Source of the DNA: an uncultured cyanobacterium
GTDB taxonomy: Bacteria; Cyanobacteriota; Cyanobacteriia; Cyanobacteriales; Nostocaceae
Assembly: GCA_963706595.1 (NCBI GenBank)
Contig: OY970166.1
Coordinates: 4,768,001-4,832,000 of the forward strand
DNA: 64,000 nucleotides
Direction of reading: 5' to 3'
The translations under genes were made by a program, and so were the position numbers. This document shows, piece by piece, positions 11,466 through 22,373 of this stretch (position 1 is its first letter; the number at the start of each line of letters is the position of its first letter). The notes beneath the pieces were generated by a model. That model made no database searches, had not been told where the DNA came from, and saw nothing but the letters and a program-made list of their open reading frames with translations.

Positions 11466-11503
11466 ACCTCACCCCCAACCCCTCTCCTTGGTAAGGAGAG
11501 GGG
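11466..11503. repeat. Small dispersed hairpin repeat (copies also at ~27224-27262 reversed and ~36278-36313)
   Basis: ACCTCACCCC(C)AACCC(C)TCTCCTT(G/A)GTAAGGAGAGGG recurs in intergenic regions. Confidence 0.8.
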
Positions 11504-11543
11504 AGATTTAGATGTAGGGTAAAAAAATCGATTTGCAGGTTAT

Positions 11544-13514
11544 TTAAGCACCTTCGCGCAATTTATCTAAAACACTGCGATCTTCTAAAGTAGAAGTATC
11601 ACCAGATATCTCTTGACCGGATGCGAGATTCCGCAACAAGCGCCGCATAATTTTACCCGATCGCGTTTTGGGCAAAGCATCGGTAAAGCGAATTTCTCCC
11701 GGACGGGCGATCGCCCCAATTTCTTTGACAACGTGCTGCTTCAGTTCTTTACTCAGTTCCTCACTGGCTTGATATGTCCCTTCTAACGTAATAAAAGCCA
11801 CAACTTCTTCACCCTTAATTTCATCTGGCTTACCCACTACCGCAGCTTCCGCAACAGCTGGATGAGAAACTAACGCTGATTCGACTTCCATTGTTCCCAA
11901 TCGGTGTCCTGAGACATTCAAGACATCATCAACCCGACCCATTACCCAGAAGTAGCCATCTTCATCTTGTCTCGCACCATCACCAGCAAAGTAGATATAG
12001 TTACCATCTTTGGGGGGGATATGTTCCCAATAAGTGCGACGGAAGCGTTCTGGGTCATTATAAACTGTCCGCATCATTCCCGGCCAGGGATAACGTACTG
12101 CTAAATAACCGCCTTCGTTGTTGGGGACGGTATTACCTTCTAAATCAACGATATCTGCAAGAATACCAGGGAAGGGCAGAGTTGCTGAACCTGGTTTGGT
12201 GGGAATGGCTCCGGGTAGTGGTGTAATCATAATACCGCCGGTTTCTGTTTGCCACCAAGTATCCACAATTGGACAACGTTCACCACCAATGATTTTGTGA
12301 TACCACATCCAAGCTTCTGGGTTAATTGGTTCGCCCACTGTTCCTAACAATCGCAAGGAAGATAAATTACGGGCTTTGGGATGGTGTTCACCCATCTTGA
12401 TAAATGCCCGAATTGCCGTAGGTGCGGTATAAAAGATATTTACCCCATATTTCTCAATTACATCCCAGAAGCAGCCAGGATTAGACGCACGAGGCGCACC
12501 TTCATACATTAAAGTCGTTGCACCGTTGGAAAGTGGTCCGTAAACGATGTAGCTGTGTCCAGTAATCCAACCGACATCGGCAGTACACCAATATACATCT
12601 GTATCTTGCAAGTCAAAGATCCATTTGGTGGTGATATGACTGTATAAGTTATAGCCACCAGTGGTATGGACAACACCCTTTGGTTTGCCGGTGCTACCAG
12701 AAGTGTAGAGAACAAACAGCATATCTTCGCTGTCCATTGGTTCTGCTGGACAATCGGCTGATACACCTTTTTGTAAATCATGCCACCAATGGTCGCGCCC
12801 TGGTTCCATCTGTGTTTGCTGACAGGTGCGTTTGACTACTAGCACATCTGTAATGGAGGGGACAGCATGATCAGCTAAGGCTTTATCTACTTCTACTTTC
12901 AGGGGAACGATCGCATCTTTACGCCAACCACCATCAGCAGTAATCACTATTTTAGCTTCTGCATCGTTGAGGCGATCGCGCAAAGCTTCGGCACTGAAAC
13001 CACCAAATACGACGCTGTGGGGTGCGCCAATTCTCGCACAGGCTAACATGGCGATCGCCGCTTCGGGAATCATTGGCATATATATCCCAATGCGATCGCC
13101 TTTTTTCGCTCCCAATTGCTTCAGCACATTGGCAAACTGGCACACTTCCCGATGTAATTGGGCATAAGTTAGTGTACGAGAATCTCCTGGTTCTCCTTCC
13201 CAAATCAGCGCCGCCTTATTTTTGCGCCAAGTAGTCAGGTGTCGATCCAGACAATTATAAGAAATGTTAATTTTACCACCGCCAAACCACTTAGCAAAAG
13301 GTGGTTGCCAATCTAGCACCGTGTCCCATTTTTGGAACCAATCTAATTCAGTTTCGGCTAATTCTGCCCAAAATTGCTGCGGATTAGCTTTGGCTTTGTC
13401 GTATAATTGTTGATAGTCCGCCAAACTTTTGATTTGAGCGTTTTGAGCAAATTCGCTGCTAGGAGGGAATGAGCGCTTCTCTTGTAGGATTGATTCTATC
13501 GTTGGCTGAGACAT
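11544..13514 (-). CDS. acs: Acetyl-CoA synthetase
   Basis: [32 protein letters not shown]; 656 aa. Confidence 0.97.
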   Translation of the reverse strand: MSQPTIESILQEKRSFPPSSEFAQNAQIKSLADYQQLYDKAKANPQQFWAELAETELDWFQKWDTVLDWQPPFAKWFGGGKINISYNCLDRHLTTWRKNKAALIWEGEPGDSRTLTYAQLHREVCQFANVLKQLGAKKGDRIGIYMPMIPEAAIAMLACARIGAPHSVVFGGFSAEALRDRLNDAEAKIVITADGGWRKDAIVPLKVEVDKALADHAVPSITDVLVVKRTCQQTQMEPGRDHWWHDLQKGVSADCPAEPMDSEDMLFVLYTSGSTGKPKGVVHTTGGYNLYSHITTKWIFDLQDTDVYWCTADVGWITGHSYIVYGPLSNGATTLMYEGAPRASNPGCFWDVIEKYGVNIFYTAPTAIRAFIKMGEHHPKARNLSSLRLLGTVGEPINPEAWMWYHKIIGGERCPIVDTWWQTETGGIMITPLPGAIPTKPGSATLPFPGILADIVDLEGNTVPNNEGGYLAVRYPWPGMMRTVYNDPERFRRTYWEHIPPKDGNYIYFAGDGARQDEDGYFWVMGRVDDVLNVSGHRLGTMEVESALVSHPAVAEAAVVGKPDEIKGEEVVAFITLEGTYQASEELSKELKQHVVKEIGAIARPGEIRFTDALPKTRSGKIMRRLLRNLASGQEISGDTSTLEDRSVLDKLREGA

Positions 13515-13737
13515 AACTAACCTTTCCCTGTAATAGCGTTGTGACTGATAACTATCTTGTACTGAAATTTATGCACGATTGCTTTGAATTTCAATAAGAG
13601 ATACAGTATTTTAGGCATAAGTAATTCCACACCAACTGTTTTGGTATGGCAATTAGCCAAAAATTCTGATATCCTGCCCAGGATAGAATAGAATATACAG
13701 TCTATGGTGCATTGTTTTTTTACCAAAGCGTTAGTTA

Positions 13738-14448
13738 TTGAAAGTAGGGAATCGTTTGCAAGCACAAGAGATTAAGGATCAGTTAAAACACCTTATCGAG
13801 CAAGCTTCCTCGATAGACCCTAACTTGTCGAAAAAATTAGATGAAATTAATCGTTGGGTAAAAAATACTAGGCCAGGTTCCTTGACTGCGAAACCATTTG
13901 TCCTCGCCTTTCTCCTAGAAGTAATTACAGACTCTACCATTTGGCTGATGATTAAATCATCATCTTGTGAAGCAGAACAAAAAGCTAAGTTCGAGCAGAT
14001 GACTCCAAATGAGAAATATTGGTATGGCTGTCTTTTTCCCAGATGGATAAATGCTAATGACTCCAAATTTTACATTTGGAAACAAAAACTCATGGCAGGG
14101 GAATTTAATCAGGAAGATGATGATATCATTAAAGCTATAGCTCAAGATATTGTGCAGCGTGAAGGTAGTGTTTGGAAGCGTTATATTGCCGACCTGTCTA
14201 TGGCAACAGATTTGATTGTGAGTAGTCGTCAGCACAAACCACTATGTATTCAAGTTACCAGCGTATCCGAAGAGTTTAATCATCAAAAGTATCATTTTTG
14301 GCAAAACACACTGCATTCATGGGAAATCGAGAGAGGAATATTTTTAAGTTACAATCCCAAAGATGCCAATTTCATTCAGCAGTTAGTCAACATAGCACTG
14401 CATAACAGTGACTATCTTTCTGGTGGCAAGTATTTGAAATTTGATTGA
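13738..14448 (+). CDS. Hypothetical protein, possible PD-(D/E)xK-like nuclease fold; start uncertain
   Basis: 236 aa ORF; ADLSMATDLIV...LCIQVT resembles a D...(E/Q)xK-type core. Confidence 0.6.
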   Translation: MKVGNRLQAQEIKDQLKHLIEQASSIDPNLSKKLDEINRWVKNTRPGSLTAKPFVLAFLLEVITDSTIWLMIKSSSCEAEQKAKFEQMTPNEKYWYGCLFPRWINANDSKFYIWKQKLMAGEFNQEDDDIIKAIAQDIVQREGSVWKRYIADLSMATDLIVSSRQHKPLCIQVTSVSEEFNHQKYHFWQNTLHSWEIERGIFLSYNPKDANFIQQLVNIALHNSDYLSGGKYLKFD

Positions 14449-14519
14449 TACTCTCAACAGTTCAATAATTCCAGATTTGTATTTTTACCCTACATACTCA
14501 TCAGCTAATCATAGCTTTT

Positions 14520-14966
14520 ATGGCTCACCTACAAAAAACTCACAGCTACGAAACTCCTGTGGAAGAATTTGCTCAAGCTTTGACAACAGCGCGCAGAATG
14601 CAGCATGACTGGCTAACTTACGGGGTAGATTATGTTAATTTTTATGTTGAAGATGCAGATAGTAATTGGCTAGAAACTTGGGGAGATGAGGACATATTAG
14701 GGAATAGGTTATTAGATGATATTAAGGAATTTTTAGTCAGCAGTGATGATGTTGCGATCAGAATTAGGCAAAATTTAGGAGAGCGTTCTTTGTTTGATTT
14801 AGCTGTAAATTTAGAAGTATGTTGGAGAATTGGCGAAAGTAGTGACAGGTTATGTCTGGTGAGAAATCTGTTAGCTGGTGAGGACAAGAATGTTGATTTA
14901 AATAATGGGGAGTTATTAAATTTAGCAGAGAGTCTGTTGGAAAAATTGGCAGAGTTTTCTGAGTAA
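14520..14966 (+). CDS. Acidic hypothetical protein
   Basis: 148 aa ATG ORF; about 30 D/E versus 13 K/R by my count. Confidence 0.65.
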   Translation: MAHLQKTHSYETPVEEFAQALTTARRMQHDWLTYGVDYVNFYVEDADSNWLETWGDEDILGNRLLDDIKEFLVSSDDVAIRIRQNLGERSLFDLAVNLEVCWRIGESSDRLCLVRNLLAGEDKNVDLNNGELLNLAESLLEKLAEFSE

Positions 14967-15726
14967 ATAGTTCAAGGTTCGTAGCGAGGACTTCAGTCCT
15001 CTCTATTTTTTTTAACGATAGCGTAGCGCATACCGCCAAGAACGTCAAGGAAGCAACAGAGAAAGAAGCCGAAAGTCAAAGGCTTATTATGTCAAGGGAT
15101 ATTTAAAGCGATCGCTCTAAATATCCTGAGAAAAATTTGAATTTTTTGGATTAAAATGTAGGTTTTCCATGACTTCTGTCCCAAAAATTATCCCTAATGA
15201 TATTGACAAATCCTCCCTCCTTATCGAATGAAACAGCCCTGCCCTTGAGAAGGGGGGAAATTTTCTTCAAGTCCCCCTTTTTAAGGGGGATTTAGGGGGA
15301 TCAAATCACTTGTGTGTACACCGTAGTTAGTAAGGAGAGGGAGCAGGAATAGTTGGGTAGTGGCGTGTTGTCGCGCAGCGCAACGCACCGGCAATAATTC
15401 CAGATGCGCTCACACCCCTACGAATAATTTATATTTCTTCATAAACGTATCTCAAGACATTTTCAAACCCAATATTTGCGTTGCTTTGTGGGGTTGCGCT
15501 ACGCTTAACCCAAGCTATTTTTCGAGTTTGAAAACAGGACTACCCTATCGCTCTTTGTCAGCCTACACGTAGCCTGTGTTTGCATCGGGGTTTAAATCCT
15601 CGTCGGAAACATCTTCAGTTTTGAATTGTGAATTGTGAACTCTCACACTCTGGCTGTAGAACAAGAGCATTTTGTTTTTAAACACTTCTTTATCATGAAA
15701 ACAAAGCCTGTCAATAAAATAGAGTA

Positions 15727-16902
15727 ATGCTAACCCATATTAAAGACTTAGCCACAAAATTAGCGCCTCGCTTAATTGAAATTCGCCGCCATATCCACTC
15801 GCACCCAGAACTCAGTGGTCAGGAATACCAAACATCTGCTTTTGTGGCGGGTGTGTTGTCCTCTAGTGGTCTCCATGTGCAAGAGGGGATTGGTAAAACC
15901 GGAGTGATTGGAGAATTGCCAAATAAGGCCACAAATGAGCGTGTATTGGCAATTCGTACTGATATGGATGCTTTGCCGATTCAAGAACGGACAAAATTAG
16001 AATATGCTTCTCGGACAGAAGGTGTGATGCACGCTTGCGGTCACGATGTTCACACCACAGTGGGCTTAGGAACTGCAATGGTACTGTCTCAAATGGCGGA
16101 GGAATTGGGCGGGAAAGTCCGGTTTTTATTTCAACCAGCTGAGGAAATTGCTCAAGGCGCAAGCTGGATGGTAAATGATGGGGCGATGGAAAATGTCTCA
16201 GCTGTATTAGGGGTTCATGTTTTTCCTTCTATCCCCGCCGGATCTATTGGTATTCGTTACGGCGCATTGACGGCTGCGGCTGACGATTTAGAGATTATCA
16301 TTATCGGAGAATCTGGACATGGGGCGCGTCCTCATGAAGCGATTGATGCCATTTGGATTGCGTCACAAGTGATTACTTCGTTGCAACAGGCTATTAGCCG
16401 CACACAGAATCCTTTGCGTCCTGTGGTGTTGAGTATAGGAAAGATTACTGGTGGCCGAGCGCCCAATGTGATTGCTGATCATGTACAGTTGTTGGGAACA
16501 GTGCGATCGCTTCACCCGGAAACCCGGAGTCAACTCCCTAATTGGATTGAAAATATTGTGGCTAATGTCTGCCATTCCTTTGGGGCGCGTTATCAAGTTA
16601 ATTATCGCCAAGGCGTGCCGAGTGTGCAGAATGATTATGCGATCACCCAATTATTACAATCATCGGCTGAAGAGGCCTGGAGTAGCGATCGCGTCCAAGT
16701 TTTACCTGAACCTTCTCTAGGTGCTGAAGACTTTTCCGTTTATTTAGAACACGCCCCCGGTTCCATGTTTCGCTTAGGTGTCGGCTACAAAGATAGAATT
16801 ATTAATCACCCATTACACCATCCTGAATTTGAAGTTGATGAATCTGCCATTATTACCGGAGTTGTAACTATGGCTTACGCCGCTTATAAGTATTGTCAGT
16901 AA
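15727..16902 (+). CDS. M20 family amidohydrolase
   Basis: HPELSGQE, RTDMDALP, MHACGHD, FQPAEE, GAEDF. Confidence 0.95.
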   Translation: MLTHIKDLATKLAPRLIEIRRHIHSHPELSGQEYQTSAFVAGVLSSSGLHVQEGIGKTGVIGELPNKATNERVLAIRTDMDALPIQERTKLEYASRTEGVMHACGHDVHTTVGLGTAMVLSQMAEELGGKVRFLFQPAEEIAQGASWMVNDGAMENVSAVLGVHVFPSIPAGSIGIRYGALTAAADDLEIIIIGESGHGARPHEAIDAIWIASQVITSLQQAISRTQNPLRPVVLSIGKITGGRAPNVIADHVQLLGTVRSLHPETRSQLPNWIENIVANVCHSFGARYQVNYRQGVPSVQNDYAITQLLQSSAEEAWSSDRVQVLPEPSLGAEDFSVYLEHAPGSMFRLGVGYKDRIINHPLHHPEFEVDESAIITGVVTMAYAAYKYCQ

Positions 16903-16982
16903 TTGGTGTTTAATCAGTAAAACCCACCTGTGTGGGTTTCACAACCTTTATTTCTAGTTAAACGGCTGATGATGGCCAATTA

Positions 16983-18038
16983 CTAAACATTCGCTCCGGT
17001 TTTAGCACCTCCCAATCTTGCTTGAATTTTGCTCTTAGCGGCTTTAAATTGTGTCGCCAGTTGTTCAGTTTGTTCAGAACTACAGTTGTTACGAATAGCT
17101 GCAAACATTGTGCTTTCTTCTTGACGAATATGATCGCCGACAAGATCCATCAAATTTCTGACTCTATCTTTAAATTCAGGCGCAGAGGGATTAATAGCGC
17201 GGATTTCTTCTAACCATCGTTTCATTTGGGCTTGTTCGTCATAAAGTTCTTGAGTATCAGCCTCACCGTAGAAAGAACGCACTCTGGGGTAAACTACTTC
17301 CTCTTCAGCTTCAGCATGAGCAGTTAAATCTTTGTAGATTTGACCGAAATACTCTTGAATCTTTTGCGGATCATTGCTTTGCAATAATTCTGTAAACAGG
17401 ATATTCACCTTATTGTGATCCATGCGAATCACATCCTGGATATTCATATCCTTTTTGTCGCTGGTTTGAGTCACAGCGCTACCTACAGCGCCACTAAAAG
17501 CGGCGATCGCATCTTGAACTCTTCCCCAAATCCCCTGGTCTGCATCTTGTCCAGTCAGTTCACGCACACCCAAAACTTCTAGAATACCTTTAAGCTGCTC
17601 TTGGTGAGCGCGGTTTTCAAAGTTAACAGTATTTAAAGGACTAATCGCCGCCATTACGTCAGCACCAACTTTTTGAGCAGCCTTGTGAATTGTAATCCCA
17701 GACATTACTTGTTGATGCTTTAACAATTCATGCTGAAATATTTTTTCATAGAAACTCAATTCAGAGCCTTGCATCAATTGACTGATTTTCTGGTACATTT
17801 CTTGAACTATTTTTTCTGGCTCTTTTTGGATACCATACTGAACCATCACAGTTTCTAGAACGCCTTGATTTTTCTGGTCATCTTCTAGCATCTTGCGGAT
17901 GCGATCAGAAATTTCGGCATCAGTTGATTCTCTTAAAAAAAGTTGCTCGTTTTCAAGGAACAACTGTTGGATTAATTTCATATTTGCCAATTTCATGGCA
18001 ATAGCATTTCTTTTGGTGTCATCTAATGTTGTCACCAT
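16983..18038 (-). CDS. Hemerythrin (HHE) domain protein with N-terminal helical domain
   Basis: C-terminal DH...HAEAEEEVVYP...HIRQEE HHE motifs. Confidence 0.85.
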   Translation of the reverse strand: MVTTLDDTKRNAIAMKLANMKLIQQLFLENEQLFLRESTDAEISDRIRKMLEDDQKNQGVLETVMVQYGIQKEPEKIVQEMYQKISQLMQGSELSFYEKIFQHELLKHQQVMSGITIHKAAQKVGADVMAAISPLNTVNFENRAHQEQLKGILEVLGVRELTGQDADQGIWGRVQDAIAAFSGAVGSAVTQTSDKKDMNIQDVIRMDHNKVNILFTELLQSNDPQKIQEYFGQIYKDLTAHAEAEEEVVYPRVRSFYGEADTQELYDEQAQMKRWLEEIRAINPSAPEFKDRVRNLMDLVGDHIRQEESTMFAAIRNNCSSEQTEQLATQFKAAKSKIQARLGGAKTGANV

Positions 18039-18441
18039 GCTCAGTTCTCCTCTGAAAAGTGTTCGGATTATTACTCTGTTTCAGAGTGACATACAATTTA
18101 GGTAGATTCCATCTTACTTTTGAATGATCACTGGCGTAACTCTAGATAGAATCTTCAGATATTTACCACCACTAATTTCATACTTCTACTTGGCGAAAGA
18201 TAGCTTGATAAATTGGAATACATCGCTAGGTAGATAAAATTTCTAGGGTATTTTTCTAAATTGACTCAAGGATAATTAAATAGGACTTATAGCAATTTGA
18301 AAACATTGTGATTTATCGGCGTTGCTCGGCGGTTAATTATGCTGATTCAAACCAGATATAAATAAAATTGGAGACATTAATATTGTCCATTGAAGCCAAT
18401 AGTCAATAAATTGCTTTTAGCTAAAAATAGGATACTAAATA

Positions 18442-18990
18442 ATGGAAACTACAGGAACAGAACCCAATTCTACACCGTTCCCAAATATCCCACCGATTAT
18501 AGAAAGTGACGACAGAGAATATCGGGATAGTGGCGTACCCAGCACAGTGGCGATCGCGGGACATCCCCTACACCCCCTGACCATCATTTTTCCCATTGCT
18601 TTTTTAGCTGCTGCGTTGGGAAGCGACTTCGGCTATTGGTTAACAAATGATTTTTTCTGGGCTAGAGCATCCCTATGGTTAATTGGACTGGGACTTCTAG
18701 GGGGTATCATCGCCGCCATCACAGGGATGAGCGACTTTTTAAGAATTGAACGTGTTCGCAAGCGCACCGCCGGCTGGACGCATTTAATTCTGAACGTCAT
18801 GATTTTAGCCTTGACAGCCCTTAATTTGATTTTACGTCTCGGATCTCCAGAATCACGAATATTACCCTGGGGATTCTTTCTCTCCCTGGTAGTGGGTACG
18901 TTAACTAGCATCACGGGCTGGTTTGGGGCTGAACTTTCCTATCGACACAAAATTGGTGTAGTGGGTGCTGGTAGTAGAAGGTATCCTTAG
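18442..18990 (+). CDS. DUF2231-like membrane protein
   Basis: GHPLHP...FPIA, four TM helices, GWFGAELSYRH. Confidence 0.85.
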   Translation: METTGTEPNSTPFPNIPPIIESDDREYRDSGVPSTVAIAGHPLHPLTIIFPIAFLAAALGSDFGYWLTNDFFWARASLWLIGLGLLGGIIAAITGMSDFLRIERVRKRTAGWTHLILNVMILALTALNLILRLGSPESRILPWGFFLSLVVGTLTSITGWFGAELSYRHKIGVVGAGSRRYP

Positions 18991-19186
18991 AGGATGTTTT
19001 AAAAGTTTGAGGCGAATATAATATGGCTACGCTTCGCATTAGCGATACGCTACTACACAGGTAAAGTCCACCTGCGTAGACTAATACAAAATCAAGATTT
19101 TCAAACCCACGCAGGTGGGTTTCGTTTGTGTAGCCGCGACTTCCAGTCGCCAGGGCTGTAATAAATTAGACTTTTCAAACACATTC
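18990..19186. mobile_element. Nested MITE-like elements
   Basis: Imperfect outer inverted ends GAGGATGTTTTAAAAGT / ACTTTTCAAACACATTC enclosing a copy of the element also seen at 60537-60657. Confidence 0.6.
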
Positions 19187-19306
19187 GTGCCACACTCATA
19201 GGAAGATTATTACTGGGTACTACCTTTGCTTGGTGGGATTTTCCTCATTATGTGTTGGGTTGTGTTTGCGGATATTTCTGGCTACAACAACTACAAGTAA
19301 TGAGAT

Positions 19307-19534
19307 ATGCAAAAAAGAGTTAAAGTTAAACCTAATTCCAAAGAACAAAAAATTGAAGAACAATCTGATGGTAGTTTGACTGTCAGGTTAAAGTCTCCGC
19401 CAGTAGATGGGAAAGCAAATGAAGAGTTAATTAAACTATTAGCTGAGAAATTTGATGTCCCTAAATCTCACATCACAATTAAATCTGGTTTATCCTCTCG
19501 GCAAAAGCTGATTGAAATTGATACAGATATTTAA
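19307..19534 (+). CDS. DUF167 (YggU/UPF0235) protein
   Basis: VKVKPNS...[16 protein letters not shown]...SGLSSRQK. Confidence 0.93.
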   Translation: MQKRVKVKPNSKEQKIEEQSDGSLTVRLKSPPVDGKANEELIKLLAEKFDVPKSHITIKSGLSSRQKLIEIDTDI

Positions 19535-19591
19535 TTTTCCAGTTTTGTGTGGATGATTTATTAAATATTTCTGGAAAGAATACACAAGTAT

Positions 19592-20218
19592 TTATTCAGC
19601 AAAATTTTTATCTTGTGTAATCGAGAGATATCTAGGCTGAGATTTAACTCGTTCAATCCAAGCTTGGATAGCTGGGAATTTTGTTAAATCAAATCCACCT
19701 TCATCAGCCACATGAGTATAAGCAAACAAGGAAATATCAGCAATCGTATAACGCTCATTGACAAAAAAATCATGGGTCATTAAATGATTTTCCATAACCT
19801 TTAGTGCTGCATAACCAGGTTCACGTTTTTGCTCTATGGCTGGGCGATATTCTTCAGCTTTGCCTAAAATAGAGATCCAAAATCTTGATGTAGCGATAAA
19901 CGGTTCATGGCTATATTGTTCAAAAAATAACCATTGCAAGACTTGCGCTCTTAAAAAGCGGTCATACGGTAAAAATTCTGTGCCTTCACTCAAATACACT
20001 AATATGGCATTTGATTCTGCCAAATATTTGCCAGTGTTAACTTCCAAAACTGGTATTTTACCGTTAGGATTTTTAGACAAAAACTCTAGTGTACGTGTCT
20101 CTCCTTGCAAAATATTAATCTCTATTCTCTCAAAAGGTATACCCATTTGTGTCAATAATAGTCGGATCTTATAACTATTACCTGATGGTAAGAAATCATA
20201 CAATTTTAGTGTTTCCAT
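19592..20218 (-). CDS. Glutathione S-transferase family protein
   Basis: SGNSYK, NPNGKIPVL, ESNAIL, TIADISL. Confidence 0.95.
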   Translation of the reverse strand: METLKLYDFLPSGNSYKIRLLLTQMGIPFERIEINILQGETRTLEFLSKNPNGKIPVLEVNTGKYLAESNAILVYLSEGTEFLPYDRFLRAQVLQWLFFEQYSHEPFIATSRFWISILGKAEEYRPAIEQKREPGYAALKVMENHLMTHDFFVNERYTIADISLFAYTHVADEGGFDLTKFPAIQAWIERVKSQPRYLSITQDKNFAE

Positions 20219-20436
20219 GTCAACAAATATAATTAATAATGAATGCCGAGATACGTGAGGGGCTAAAATACAATATATTACAAAATAATCTAAGGAAAAC
20301 AGGATAATTTTTATTTATTTTAAGTATATGCGTACAAGGCAAAAAAATCGAGAAAATAAAAAATCAGATAAACAATACTATTCTTGATTCCTTGTATGGA
20401 AAATTTTGATTTTATTCAGTGTAGTCAAATAAAAAT

Positions 20437-21150
20437 ATGTGTGGAAGATTTACTTTAAATCAGTCATCATCGGCTTTAGCCCAATTTTTTCTGGTAGAGA
20501 AAATTCCAGATTTAGCTGCTCAATATAACATTGCACCTACACAAAATGTGGCAACAGTGCTACATAATCCTCAAACTGACAAGCGGGAATTTCAGCAGTT
20601 ACGTTGGGGGTTGATACCCTCGTGGGCGAAAGAGCCAGGAATTGGTGCGAAGCTAATCAATGCGAGAGCCGAAACAGTTGCGGAAAAACCAGCTTTTCGG
20701 TCAGCATTCAAGCACCGACGCTGTTTAGTGCTAGCTGATGGTTTTTATGAGTGGAAACGGCAAAATGGTAAAAAGCAACCGTTTTATTTTCGGCTTTCGG
20801 ATGGACAACCCTTTGGCTTTGCGGGGTTGTGGGAAAAATGGCAACCTCTACAGGGAAAGCCTGACGATGAGGAAATTATATCTTGTACAATTTTAACAAC
20901 GGCAGCTAATGAATTAGTCCAACCAATTCATGATCGGATGCCAGTGATTGTGTCTCCACAAGATTACGATTTGTGGTTAAATCCCCAAATGCCAACACCA
21001 GAGCGACTACAGCAGCTATTGTGTCCATATCCCGATCAAGCAATGACTGGCTACCCAGTTAGTAGCTTGGTGAACAACTCTCGACAAAATAGTTCTGAGT
21101 GTATCATCCCTCTGGGTGAGGATAAATCACTTCCTGAGAATATCTTTTAA
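20437..21150 (+). CDS. SOS response-associated peptidase (SRAP; YedK/HMCES family)
   Basis: N-terminal [24 protein letters not shown]. Confidence 0.96.
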   Translation: MCGRFTLNQSSSALAQFFLVEKIPDLAAQYNIAPTQNVATVLHNPQTDKREFQQLRWGLIPSWAKEPGIGAKLINARAETVAEKPAFRSAFKHRRCLVLADGFYEWKRQNGKKQPFYFRLSDGQPFGFAGLWEKWQPLQGKPDDEEIISCTILTTAANELVQPIHDRMPVIVSPQDYDLWLNPQMPTPERLQQLLCPYPDQAMTGYPVSSLVNNSRQNSSECIIPLGEDKSLPENIF

Positions 21151-21166
21151 AACCATAGAAGCAAAT

Positions 21167-21688
21167 ATGCCAAGAACCCAAAAAAACGATAATTTTGTTG
21201 ACAAATCCTTCACAGTCATGGCGGATCTGATCCTGAAACTTCTGCCAGCCAACAAAAAAGCTAAAGAAGCATTTGTGTATTACCGCGATGGGATGTCAGC
21301 ACAGGCAGAAGGTGAATATGCCGAAGCTTTAGACTATTACGAGGAAGCTCTGACGTTAGAGGAAGACAGTTACGATCGCAGTTATATTCACTATAATATG
21401 GGGCTAATCTATGCCAGTAATGGTGATCACGATACAGCTTTAAAAATGTATCACCAAGCGATTGAAATGAACCCACGTTTACCCCAAGCGTTAAATAACA
21501 TTGCGGTGATTTACCATTATCAAGGCGAAAAAGCCAAAGAAGCCGGGGATAATGACGCTGGTGAAGCCCTGTTTGATCAAGCCGCAGATTATTGGATTCG
21601 CGCTATTCGCATGGCTCCCAATAACTACATTGAGGCTCAAAACTGGCTGAAAACCACTGGACGTATGCAAATTGACATATTCTTTTAA
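21167..21688 (+). CDS. ycf3: Photosystem I assembly protein Ycf3
   Basis: [20 protein letters not shown]...[18 protein letters not shown]...[14 protein letters not shown]. Confidence 0.98.
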   Translation: MPRTQKNDNFVDKSFTVMADLILKLLPANKKAKEAFVYYRDGMSAQAEGEYAEALDYYEEALTLEEDSYDRSYIHYNMGLIYASNGDHDTALKMYHQAIEMNPRLPQALNNIAVIYHYQGEKAKEAGDNDAGEALFDQAADYWIRAIRMAPNNYIEAQNWLKTTGRMQIDIFF

Positions 21689-21761
21689 TATAAGAAAGAA
21701 CCCCACCCCCAGCCCCTCCGGTGCAAGCGAGGAGGGGAGCAAGATGTGGATAATCTAGAAT

Positions 21762-21793
21762 GGTGCGTTGCGCTACGCGACAACACACCCTAC
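21762..21793 (+). repeat. 32 bp GTAG/CTAC-ended dispersed repeat (identical copy 23471-23502; diverged reverse copy ~15357-15389)
   Basis: GGTGCGTTGCGCTACGCGACAACACACCCTAC seen twice exactly. Confidence 0.85.
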
Positions 21794-21963
21794 AAAAGTA
21801 GAACCCCACCCCCAGCCCCTCCCATATCAAAGGTTTATCGTTTTCTTCCCAGCGTTGCGGGGGGATTTCGGGGGGTCCGAGGAGGGGAGCAATATCTAGT
21901 TTTGGCGGGGTGTATTTTTGTTGAGAATTAACCAGAGGAAAGAAAATTAAGGATTGAGAAACC

Positions 21964-22254
21964 ATGATTGACCGCGAACAAGTTCACAAAGTAGCTCTTT
22001 TAGCTCGTTTAGAATTGACTTCAGAAGAAGAGGAGCAATTTACTACCCAATTGGGAAGTATTCTGGATTATATTGAACAGTTGAATGAAGTAGATGTCAC
22101 TGATGTGCTGCCGACAACACGGGCAATTGATGTCAGTAATGTGACTCGAAAAGATGAGTTACAACCATATCCGGAGCGAGAAGCGATCCTGAATGGTGCG
22201 CCTGAACAAGAAGGCGAGTTTTTCAAAGTACCCAAAATTATGAATAGCAATTAA
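21964..22254 (+). CDS. gatC: Asp/Glu-tRNA amidotransferase subunit C
   Basis: [18 protein letters not shown]...FFKVPKI. Confidence 0.96.
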   Translation: MIDREQVHKVALLARLELTSEEEEQFTTQLGSILDYIEQLNEVDVTDVLPTTRAIDVSNVTRKDELQPYPEREAILNGAPEQEGEFFKVPKIMNSN

Positions 22255-22256
22255 AT

Positions 22257-22360
22257 CAGTGAACAGTGAACAGTGAACAGTTATCAAGCAGATTTAGTCA
22301 GAAATTTCTACCCAATGATGTCTCTTAACTGATAACTGATAACTAATAACTGATAACTGA
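22257..22360. repeat. Heptamer tandem repeats (STRR) in inverted arrangement
   Basis: (CAGTGAA)n then (CTGATAA)n. Other heptamer runs at ~2627-2657, 6788-6816, 25966-25993, 53397-53440 and 53849-53966. Confidence 0.8.
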
Positions 22361-22373
22361 AAAGGAGATATAT

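Noticed and set aside
14970..15700. Long intergenic region as a possible ncRNA or IS
   Set aside because: It resolves into a patchwork of small dispersed repeats seen elsewhere in the window; no transposase remnant recognised.
21696..21895. Two similar repeats with different interiors, superficially CRISPR-like
   Set aside because: Only two units, each a hairpin-type dispersed repeat of unequal length; no regular repeat-spacer period and no cas genes.
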